From positions 21,876-85,875 of the forward strand of contig JANWYV010000009.1 in the NCBI GenBank assembly GCA_025055075.1: a stretch of DNA of 64,000 bases. Reading direction: 5' to 3'. The DNA comes from Blastocatellia bacterium (GTDB lineage: Bacteria > Acidobacteriota > Blastocatellia > HR10). The notes under the pieces were generated by a model that was given only the letters and a program-made list of their open reading frames with translations, ran no database searches and had not been told where the DNA came from. The position numbers and the translations under genes are program-made. This document shows positions 55,491-64,000 of the stretch, piece after piece (position 1 is the first letter of the stretch; the number at the start of each line of letters is the position of its first letter).

Positions 55491-57290
55491 ATGACGCCAC
55501 GAGAATTCGCCGAACGCGTGCGAGAGCAAACGGACATCGTTCGAATCATCTCCGACTACATCGCGTTGCGCAAGCGCGGGAGCAACTACATGGCCCTTTG
55601 TCCCTTTCATCGCGAGCGCACGCCCTCGTTCGCCGTTCATCCGGTCAAACAGATCTTCAAATGCTTCGGTTGCGGCCAAGGCGGCGATGTCTTCGCCTTC
55701 GTCATGCGGATGGAAGGATGCTCTTGGTGGGAGGCCGTGCGTCTCGTCGCGGAGAAGCAGGGCATCCCCATCCCTTCCTTTGCGGAGCGCGAAGGTGCAT
55801 CGGATCGGCAGGCACGGATCGAATGGCAGCGTCGTCTCGCTCAGATCAACGCCTGGGCATGTGAGTTCTTCGAGCGCTGTTTGCGCGAGCCCAGAGGGGA
55901 GGCGGCGCGCGCCTATCTGACCGCGCGCGGCGTCTCCTCGGAGGCGATCCGTCGCTTTCGCTTAGGCTATGCCCCGGAGAGTTGGACGACGTTGTCGGAA
56001 TATTTGCTGGCTCGCCAGGTGACGCGCGAGGAGCTGGAGCGCAGCGGACTCGTCACGCTGCGCGAGGATCGGCGCGGGTTCTATGATCGGTTCCGGCATC
56101 GGCTCATTTTCCCGATCCGAGACGTTCACGGGCGGATCGTGGGCTTCGGCGGGCGCGCGCTCGGGACGGAAGAGCCCAAGTATGTGAACTCTCCCGAGAC
56201 CGCGCTCTATGCCAAGGGGCGACATCTCTTCGGCCTGTTCGAAGCGCGCGACGCTATTCGCCATGTGGGGCAGGCGATCCTTGTGGAAGGATATTTCGAC
56301 TGGCTCGCGCTGTTTGAACACGGCATCGAGAACGTCGTCGCCACGCTGGGGACCGCGCTCACCGATGAGCAGGTGCGTCTTCTCCGGCGATATGCCGAGC
56401 GCGTCGTGCTTAATTTCGATGCCGATACGGCTGGGCGGCAGGCCATGTCGCGCAATCTGGAGAAACTCCTTCACGGCGGGCTAGAGGTCTCTATCGTGAG
56501 CTTGCCTGAAGGTGAAGATCCCGATTCCTTCGTCCGGCGCTTTGGAGCTGCGGCCTATCGGGAACGCGTCGCTGCGGCCGCGCATTATCTCGATTTCCTG
56601 TTGAACGAAGCCCTGCGGGGCGCATCGTTCCCTCTCTCGCCTTCTGTTCAAGCGCGCGCGCTCAAGATGGTCCTTCCCTACATCGCTGCGATTTCCGACG
56701 CGATTGAGCGCGCGGCGAGCGCCGATCGCGTGGCCGGTCGGCTGGGAATGGAGAGCGCGTTGGTTCGAGAAGCCGTGAAGCGATACCGTCGGACGCTGAG
56801 CGGCAGCGATCGGAGCGAGGATCCCCTGGAGCGGATTTCGACGGGAGTCGCGCACGAGGTGACGGAATCTGAGCGGCTTTTGCTCGAAGTCCTCCTGCAT
56901 GCGCCCGACGACGTGCGGGCGCAGATCTTGGCCGAACTGGAGCCAGACGATGTGCGGGGCCTAGTGAGCGAGCGCATCTTCGATGCACTGCGCGTCCTCC
57001 ATCCGATAGATGTGAGCTATGCCGCGTTGGCGGAGCGGTTCGCCGAAGATCCAGTCACGCTCGATCTTCTGGAGCGCATCCTGGTGACGGAGGTGTCGGG
57101 AACCTCCGGGGAATTATTGGAACGAGCGCGTGGGAGCTTGCGCGGATTGCGCCGACGCCGCTTAGAGCGCGAGCTGTTCGCGTTGCAGGCGGAGATCGAG
57201 CAGCTCCCTCCGGGCGAGGAGGAACGTTTGAAGGAGCTGCTCCGGCGAAAATGTGAAGTAGCGGCGGCTTTAGCGAAGCCGGGGGGTTGA
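55491..57290 (+). CDS. dnaG: DNA primase
   Basis: Zinc ribbon CPFHRERTPSFAV...FKCFGCGQGGD, RNA-polymerase core, TOPRIM (ILVEGYFDW...NFDADTAG). Confidence 0.9.
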   Translation: MTPREFAERVREQTDIVRIISDYIALRKRGSNYMALCPFHRERTPSFAVHPVKQIFKCFGCGQGGDVFAFVMRMEGCSWWEAVRLVAEKQGIPIPSFAEREGASDRQARIEWQRRLAQINAWACEFFERCLREPRGEAARAYLTARGVSSEAIRRFRLGYAPESWTTLSEYLLARQVTREELERSGLVTLREDRRGFYDRFRHRLIFPIRDVHGRIVGFGGRALGTEEPKYVNSPETALYAKGRHLFGLFEARDAIRHVGQAILVEGYFDWLALFEHGIENVVATLGTALTDEQVRLLRRYAERVVLNFDADTAGRQAMSRNLEKLLHGGLEVSIVSLPEGEDPDSFVRRFGAAAYRERVAAAAHYLDFLLNEALRGASFPLSPSVQARALKMVLPYIAAISDAIERAASADRVAGRLGMESALVREAVKRYRRTLSGSDRSEDPLERISTGVAHEVTESERLLLEVLLHAPDDVRAQILAELEPDDVRGLVSERIFDALRVLHPIDVSYAALAERFAEDPVTLDLLERILVTEVSGTSGELLERARGSLRGLRRRRLERELFALQAEIEQLPPGEEERLKELLRRKCEVAAALAKPGG

Positions 57291-57364
57291 AAGTGACATC
57301 ATTCCGATTTCGATGGGGGTGCGATCAAGAACGCGAATTCTTGGCAACGAGGTGAGTGGTACCT

Positions 57365-59086
<1,722 letters not shown>

Positions 59087-59112
59087 GCGCCGCGTATCGG
59101 GAACTCGCCGTC

Positions 59113-59132
59113 GCCCTTCCTCGTAGAAGGGC
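59113..59132 (+). terminator. Hairpin downstream of rpoD (weak terminator candidate, no T-tract)
   Basis: GCCCTTC (59113-59119), a 6-nt loop, GAAGGGC (59126-59132). Confidence 0.25.
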
Positions 59133-59273
59133 AGTGTGGGGTGCAGCATCGAAGAGAGAGAAGCGTTCGTAAGACCTTGGAGCGCGCCGCGGCGCGACCG
59201 ACGGAAGTCCTTCGCGCGCCTCATTCGCAAGAGCGCCGCTTAGCGAAGCGCTCACCCGTGAGGAAGGGACGCC

Positions 59274-59777
59274 ATGATCTATTGTCCGCGCTGTGGACGA
59301 CTGGCTAGCTCGACGCAAAAATTTTGCACCGGGTGCGGGCTTCATCTGCTCGTTGTCCTTCAGGCGCTCGCCAGTCAGGCGGCGACGGAGGAGCTGGAGG
59401 CTCTCGAACGACGCGTGAGGACCTTGCGGCGTGGGGTGCAGCAGATGTTCTCCGGCCTCGGTCTCGCGTTCTTCTTCTATTTTTTCTTCGGCCATAGCAT
59501 CGGATTCGCGTCCATCGGGCTAATGATGTTCTTCATCGGCCTGGGGCAGGTTCTGAACGCTATGCTCTTCGCCTCTCCCGCTCTACGCATCGAATGGCGC
59601 ATTCCGTCACTTCCTCGCGAAGGGGAGAGGCACTCGATGTCCGCTCCCCGGCCCGAGGAAGGGGCTACGGTACGCGCTCGCGATCTCCCGGAATCCCGCC
59701 CTTCTGTCACGGAATCGCCGACACTCCCTCTTGATCCATCGCAGAGGTTCGCCAATGGTGATATGGTCCGACGATGA
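59274..59777 (+). CDS. Zinc-ribbon membrane protein (paralog A)
   Basis: N-terminal CPRCG...KFCTGCG ribbon, two hydrophobic helices (GLGLAFFFYFFFG..., IGLMMFFIGLGQVLNAMLF), Pro-rich tail with RPSVTESPTLPLD. RBS GAGGAAGGGA. Confidence 0.6.
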   Translation: MIYCPRCGRLASSTQKFCTGCGLHLLVVLQALASQAATEELEALERRVRTLRRGVQQMFSGLGLAFFFYFFFGHSIGFASIGLMMFFIGLGQVLNAMLFASPALRIEWRIPSLPREGERHSMSAPRPEEGATVRARDLPESRPSVTESPTLPLDPSQRFANGDMVRR

Positions 59778-59802
59778 GGCGTGAAGACTTCAGGAGCGTG
59801 GG

Positions 59803-60324
59803 ATGATGTATTGCCCGAGATGCGGAACGCTAGCCCCCGAAGGACGAAAATTCTGCACGATGTGTGGGATGAATCTCGACCTCATTGCAGAAGCGCTTGC
59901 TGGCCGGAGTGCGACGAAGGGATTACGCTCGCTCCTGGAGTGGATCTTCGCACCACGGCCCGAACCGACGCCTGAGCAAAAGCGCCTGCACGATATTCGG
60001 AGCGGTGTGCTGACGATCTCCGTTGGAATCGGCCTCTCTCTGCTCCTCTTCCTCCTTTTGAACGCCGTGGCCCAGCATCCCCATGTGGACCCGGCGGCCG
60101 CGCGGATCATTCGGGCAGTTTGGACTTGTGGCCTCATTCCCATCTTTGTGGGAATCGGGCAGATCGTGAATGGCCTCTTCTTTTGGAGGCCACTGGGTCG
60201 GTCGGAACCACGAGCCCATGAACTTCTGCCCCCTTCCGTGACGATGCCGCTTCCTTCGGAGATGCCGGAGTCTCCGACTCGGCTCCTGGATGACATTCGC
60301 GCTCATCGTCATGACCCCCGTTGA
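59803..60324 (+). CDS. Zinc-ribbon membrane protein (paralog B)
   Basis: Same layout as paralog A: CPRCG...KFCTMCG, two TM helices, tail PPSVTMPLPSEMPESPTRLLDD. Lies 25 bp after paralog A. Confidence 0.6.
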   Translation: MMYCPRCGTLAPEGRKFCTMCGMNLDLIAEALAGRSATKGLRSLLEWIFAPRPEPTPEQKRLHDIRSGVLTISVGIGLSLLLFLLLNAVAQHPHVDPAAARIIRAVWTCGLIPIFVGIGQIVNGLFFWRPLGRSEPRAHELLPPSVTMPLPSEMPESPTRLLDDIRAHRHDPR

Positions 60325-60349
60325 CGCGTGCCCTCTGGCGTGAGGTTCA

Positions 60350-60378
60350 TTGACTTCACCCGGAGAGACCGATAAAAT
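60350..60378 (+). promoter_or_regulatory. Promoter of the metalloprotease-cohesin-dockerin gene
   Basis: TTGACT (60350-60355), a 17-bp spacer, then TAAAAT (60373-60378). Confidence 0.5.
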
Positions 60379-60430
60379 CGGGTCCATCCTTACGCGATGA
60401 TAGGAAATGTGGGCGATGAGGGAAGCGACC

Positions 60431-63400
60431 ATGAGGAACGCTCGAAAAGTCATATCGCATTGGTTCCTGGCGGTCCTTGTGCTCAATGCGCTTGGACCCG
60501 GTCTGCTGGCGTGGGGAGCGGATCGCTCCGCTCGATCTCATGCAGTCCGGGCGTCGCATTTCTTGATCTCGAAGACCCAGGATCTCATTCAGCACCAAGA
60601 TTTCACTCAACACCAGGACCTTACCGAACATCTGACGGCGCATGGCGAAGGTGGAGGGTTCGTTATTGTGCAGGGAGAAGACGGAAGCGCTACATGCCGC
60701 GAAGCGACGCCGGAGGAGCTGCTTCAGATGCGGCCGGATCCGAACGTGCCGCTGCATGTGATCACCCCTCTTCAAGCGAGCCAGCAGCAAACAGGACTTC
60801 GGATCATCTTGCGCGGAACGCCACAACTTGAGCAATTTCCTCAAGCGAAAGCGGCTTTCCTGCGCGCCGCGCAAACGTGGGAGCGCCTCATTCAAAGCCC
60901 GATCACCGTTGTGATCGATGTGGATTTCGGGCCCACGCGATTTGGACGGCCTTTTTCACCGCGCACTATCGGTTCTGCGATCACACAAGAAGTCGGAGGA
61001 TCCGTTTACTCGGGCGTTCGATCCCAACTACTCGCTGGGGCCTCCTCTGCATCCGAGACGACCATTTACACGGCGCTGCCGCAGGGACAAGTGCCAACCG
61101 ATCTCGGCGCGACTGAACGAATATTGGCTCCTTCGGCTGTCTTTCGCGCGCTCGGCCTAATCAACCCTGTCGCCGATCCCGATGGTGAGCGCAGCCGGTT
61201 CGGCGATCCACCATCTATCGGCTTCAATTCGAACATGCCGTTCGATTTCAATCCCAATGATGGGATTGATCCGGACAAGCTGGACTTCGATGCTACGGCC
61301 GTGCATGAGATCGGCCATGTCTTGGGGTTCACCTCTCTGGTCGGATATCGGGAATTAGATGCTTCTTCTCCCGTCGCCGTGAGTGTATGGGATCTCTTTC
61401 GCTTTCGCCCGGGAGTTACACAGGCGACCTTCTCGACAGCCCAACGGATCTTGTCTTCAGGTGGAGAGCAGGTTTTCTTCGCCGGACCTCCAGCGCTTCC
61501 GCTCTCCACTGGGCGGCCGGATGGTTCTGGAGGGGATGGAAATCAAGCGAGTCATTGGAAGGACGACGATTTGACCGGGCAGTACATCGGCATTATGGAT
61601 CCAACGGCTCGCCCCGGAGAGCGGAACGAGATCACGGAGAACGACTTGAAGGCTCTTGACTTTTTCGGATATCGGGTAAGTGCGCAAACGCAACCTCCGC
61701 CAAGCGGCGACGTTGTGGATTTGACCTCTGGGGTACCGCAGCAGGGTTCTATTCCGGCGCCGTCTCAACCCGGTCGGGGTGTGCTGGGCGAGACACAGTA
61801 TCGGATCCGGGTTCCGGCTGGGGCGACACAATTGCGAGTGGAGTTGCGCGCCAGCGGGACTCAGGACGTGGATCTCTACGTCCGATTCGGCCAAAGGGTC
61901 GAGCTTCAGGGGGGGCGCGTCGTCGCCGATTACATCTCGGAATCTCCGGCGGGTGTCGAGACCATCACGGTGACGCCGTCAAGCTCTCCTCCCTTGCGGG
62001 AAGGGGCATATTTCATCGCCGTTGGAAACTTCGGGCCAGGAGCAGCGACCTTCACGGTGACGGCGACAGTAAGCGGTGGCGCGCAACCTCCGCCTGCGCA
62101 GCCCGATATAGATGTGCAGCCAATGGCGCTCGATTTCGGTAACGTCACGGTCGGTTCGACGGCCGATCGAACGGTGACGGTGAGAAACGTGGGGAATGCA
62201 CCGCTCACGGTTACCGCTTTGAGCATTGACAATCCGCGGTTCACGGTCACTTCTCCCTCGGCACCATTCACGGTGAGTGCTGGAGGACAGCAGACGATTA
62301 CCGTGCGATTCGCGCCGACGGCGGCGGGAGCGCAAAGTGGGACTTTGCGCATCCAGAGCAATGACCCCGATGAAGGCACAGTCTCGGTGAGCTTGACCGG
62401 TCAGGGAGTGGCCGCCCCTCCACCGGCTCCAGGACGAACGCTCAGCGTGCCGAACGCTTCGGGAGAGCCCGGGCGCACGGTCACGATCGCCGTGAACCTC
62501 TCCGAAGGGAGCGGAATTTCGGCCCTCTCCTTCACGTTGAGCTTCAATCCGTCTGTGCTCTCGGTTTCCGGACCGTCGGCCGTCTCACGTGGATCGCTCG
62601 TGCCGGACACTTTCTCGGTCAGCCCGAATACGGCGACGGCGGGGCAAGTGCGGATCGTCATCTCTCCGCCGCTTCAGACGCCGCTGCCGACGTTCCGAAG
62701 TGGAAGCGGCTCGGTCGTCACGATCACTTTTCAGGTGGCCTCCGGCGCATCCTCGGGGGCGACGAGTCCACTTGCGCTCTCGGACATTTCGGCGTCGGAT
62801 CCAAATGCTGGCTCTGTTCCCATCACGCCGCAAAACGGGACATTCACGGTCGGCGTCGCTCGAACGTTGACCGTGGCCAGCGTCCAGGGAGCTGCGGGTT
62901 CGACCGTGACTATCCCGATTACGCTCTCGGAGGGAGCGGGCATCTCGGCCTTGCAATTCACGCTCAGCTTCAATTCCGCGATTCTGACGCCGGCGGCAAA
63001 TCCCGTCGCATTGGGCTCGCTTGTCCCGAGCGCCTTCACCGTGAGCGCGAATACGGCGACGACGGGGCAAATCACGGTTGTGATCTCGCCGCCATTGACG
63101 TCGCCATTGCCGACGTTCAATTCGGGAAGCGGGACGATCGTCACGCTCACGTTCCAGGTCGCGAGCGGAGCGAGCCCGGGGGCGACCAGCCCGCTCGCGC
63201 TGTCGAACATCTCGGCGTCAGATCGGAATGCGAACTCCGTGGGGATCACGGCGCAGAATGGAACGTTCACGGTCTTGGCGGTGCGGCGGGGCGATATCAA
63301 TCAGGATGGGGTGATCAACGTCCAAGACCTGATCCTGTTGATCCGGCATTTGACGGGAGAGAGTCCGCTGACGGGAGCCGCTTTGCAAGCGGCGGACGTC

Positions 63401-63910
63401 AATGGCGATGGGCAGGTGAACGTGCAAGATGTCGTGCGCCTGATTCAGCATTTGACGGGGGAGCGTCCGCTCTCTATTCGCGTGCCCGGTGAGGAAGAGA
63501 CAGCGCGTTGGGTGGCGCTCGGCGAGCGATTTTGGACCCAGGGGATGTTGGTCGTGCCAGTTCTGATCAATGAGGCGAGCGATGTGGCTGCCGCCGAGTT
63601 GATCGTCGAATATGATGCGGCGAAGTTGCAGCCGGATCTCGCGGAACCTGTGAGAGCTGTCGGACTCCCGGCAGGATTCCAGTGGCATGCGCGCGTGATC
63701 GAACCGGGACGCCTCGGGCTTGTGCTTGTGCCTCCAGTGGGAGCACCGATTCCGACGTTGCCGGGTGGCATCCGAGTTCTCACTCAGATGCGGTTTCTCC
63801 CAGTGCCGGGCGTTGGGGCTGAGGAAGCTGCTGCAGCGCTCGTGCGCGTGCGCCATGTTGGGCTCGCGGATCGCGAGGGACGCGCGATTCCAGCGAAAGA
63901 GATTCCATGA
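60431..63910 (+). CDS. Secreted multidomain protein: HExxH metalloprotease + PPC domain + Ig-like (choice-of-anchor-D-type) domain + 2 cohesin-like modules + dockerin-like module + third cohesin-like module
   Basis: ATG 60431 (MRNARKVISHWFLAVLVLNALGPGLLAWGA signal peptide) follows RBS GAGGGA. Domain evidence is listed in the sub-features below. No recognisable cell-anchoring C-terminal signal. Confidence 0.85.
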   Translation: MRNARKVISHWFLAVLVLNALGPGLLAWGADRSARSHAVRASHFLISKTQDLIQHQDFTQHQDLTEHLTAHGEGGGFVIVQGEDGSATCREATPEELLQMRPDPNVPLHVITPLQASQQQTGLRIILRGTPQLEQFPQAKAAFLRAAQTWERLIQSPITVVIDVDFGPTRFGRPFSPRTIGSAITQEVGGSVYSGVRSQLLAGASSASETTIYTALPQGQVPTDLGATERILAPSAVFRALGLINPVADPDGERSRFGDPPSIGFNSNMPFDFNPNDGIDPDKLDFDATAVHEIGHVLGFTSLVGYRELDASSPVAVSVWDLFRFRPGVTQATFSTAQRILSSGGEQVFFAGPPALPLSTGRPDGSGGDGNQASHWKDDDLTGQYIGIMDPTARPGERNEITENDLKALDFFGYRVSAQTQPPPSGDVVDLTSGVPQQGSIPAPSQPGRGVLGETQYRIRVPAGATQLRVELRASGTQDVDLYVRFGQRVELQGGRVVADYISESPAGVETITVTPSSSPPLREGAYFIAVGNFGPGAATFTVTATVSGGAQPPPAQPDIDVQPMALDFGNVTVGSTADRTVTVRNVGNAPLTVTALSIDNPRFTVTSPSAPFTVSAGGQQTITVRFAPTAAGAQSGTLRIQSNDPDEGTVSVSLTGQGVAAPPPAPGRTLSVPNASGEPGRTVTIAVNLSEGSGISALSFTLSFNPSVLSVSGPSAVSRGSLVPDTFSVSPNTATAGQVRIVISPPLQTPLPTFRSGSGSVVTITFQVASGASSGATSPLALSDISASDPNAGSVPITPQNGTFTVGVARTLTVASVQGAAGSTVTIPITLSEGAGISALQFTLSFNSAILTPAANPVALGSLVPSAFTVSANTATTGQITVVISPPLTSPLPTFNSGSGTIVTLTFQVASGASPGATSPLALSNISASDRNANSVGITAQNGTFTVLAVRRGDINQDGVINVQDLILLIRHLTGESPLTGAALQAADVNGDGQVNVQDVVRLIQHLTGERPLSIRVPGEEETARWVALGERFWTQGMLVVPVLINEASDVAAAELIVEYDAAKLQPDLAEPVRAVGLPAGFQWHARVIEPGRLGLVLVPPVGAPIPTLPGGIRVLTQMRFLPVPGVGAEEAAAALVRVRHVGLADREGRAIPAKEIP
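61304..61318 (+). other. Zinc-binding HExxH motif of the protease domain
   Basis: The codons encode HEIGH within DFDATAVHEIGHVLGFTS. A conserved SHWKDD lies about 75 aa downstream. Confidence 0.75.
61706..62085 (+). other. Pre-peptidase C-terminal (PPC)-like beta-sandwich domain
   Basis: GETQYRIRVPAGATQLRVELRASGTQDVDLYVRFG...EGAYFIAVGNFGPGAATFTVTATV follows the PPC pattern (Y.f.v..g..l.v.l....D.DLyv....G.Y.i.V). Confidence 0.6.
62104..62406 (+). other. Ig-like domain of the choice-of-anchor-D / ASH type
   Basis: DIDVQPMALDFGNVTVGSTADRTVTVRNVGNAPLTVTALSIDNPRFTV...FAPTAAGAQSGTLRIQSNDPDEGTVSVSLTGQG. Confidence 0.6.
62435..63274 (+). repeat. Tandem duplication of a 423-bp (141-aa) cohesin-like module, 2 copies
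   Basis: Copy 1 spans 62435-62857 (RTLSVPNASGEPGRTVTIAVNLSEGSGISALSFTLSFNPSVL...QNGTFTV). Copy 2 spans 62858-63274 (RTLTVASVQGAAGSTVTIPITLSEGAGISALQFTLSFNSAIL...QNGTFTV). About two-thirds of residues are identical by eye. Confidence 0.8.
63290..63465 (+). other. Dockerin-like module (two Ca-binding EF-hand-like segments)
   Basis: GDINQDGVINVQDLILLIRHLTG and DVNGDGQVNVQDVVRLIQHLTG. This is the duplicated D.N.DG.vn..D + helix pattern of type I dockerins. Confidence 0.75.
63509..63907 (+). other. Third, divergent cohesin-like module
   Basis: MLVVPVLINEASDVAAAELIVEYDAAKLQP...GGIRVLTQMRFLPV follows the cohesin pattern (v.vpv.l.....v.a.ef.l.YD...l). Confidence 0.55.
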
Positions 63911-64000
63911 AGGCACGGCAATAATGACCCGCTCGTTCGCTTCGCGAAGGCTTTCGTGCGCGCTCGCGCGTTCCCTCTTTCTCATCTTTTGCGGATTTGC

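Noticed and set aside
63218-63985. 255-aa minus-strand ORF at the window end
   Set aside because: It is almost entirely antisense to the third cohesin-like module and the dockerin. The product is Arg/His-rich and motif-less.

Overview
Visibly GC-rich, gene-dense bacterial chromosomal segment with about 54 protein-coding genes. I recognised no rRNA, tRNA, CRISPR array, transposase or integrase. Gene content (OprP-type porin, LolA-like protein, many TPR/FG-GAP secreted proteins) fits a diderm high-GC lineage such as Acidobacteriota, but I cannot verify that here.

Most of the window is housekeeping:
- a partial myo-inositol catabolism cluster (iolD-iolC-iolB plus a LacI-type regulator)
- a contiguous Pho supercluster (phosphate porin-pstSCAB-phoU-phoB-phoR) with a Pho-box-like repeat array
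- a stress unit (htpX-grpE-clpA/C-like)
- folP, aspA, lysS, ftsY, nfi, terC, nadB, recA, fdhD plus a YdeP-like molybdoenzyme, radC, a LacD-family aldolase, rluD, moaA, rnj, uppP, recG, a processive GT2 synthase, pepP, mutS2, dnaG and rpoD

The ORF track uses ATG/GTG/TTG starts and takes the longest ORF, so I trimmed several starts to internal ATGs with RBS or 4-bp coupling support. Many long mirror ORFs antisense to conserved genes were rejected.

Most interesting loci:
1. 4393-6198: an isolated two-gene unit. It encodes a TPR protein ending in a Fis-type HTH, followed immediately by a signal-peptide-bearing repeat mini-protein. This resembles an RRNPP receptor/pro-peptide layout with inverted domain order.
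2. 59274-63910: two tandem paralogous zinc-ribbon membrane proteins, then a 1159-aa secreted HExxH metalloprotease. The protease carries a PPC domain, an Ig-like choice-of-anchor-D-type domain, three cohesin-like modules and one dockerin-like module in the same chain.
3. 23499-24868: an AT-richer orphan locus driven by a near-consensus extended -10 promoter.
4. 21190-23498: a HypE/PurM-like ATP-grasping enzyme translationally coupled to folP.

All functional calls rest on motif and family recognition by eye. No database search was run.
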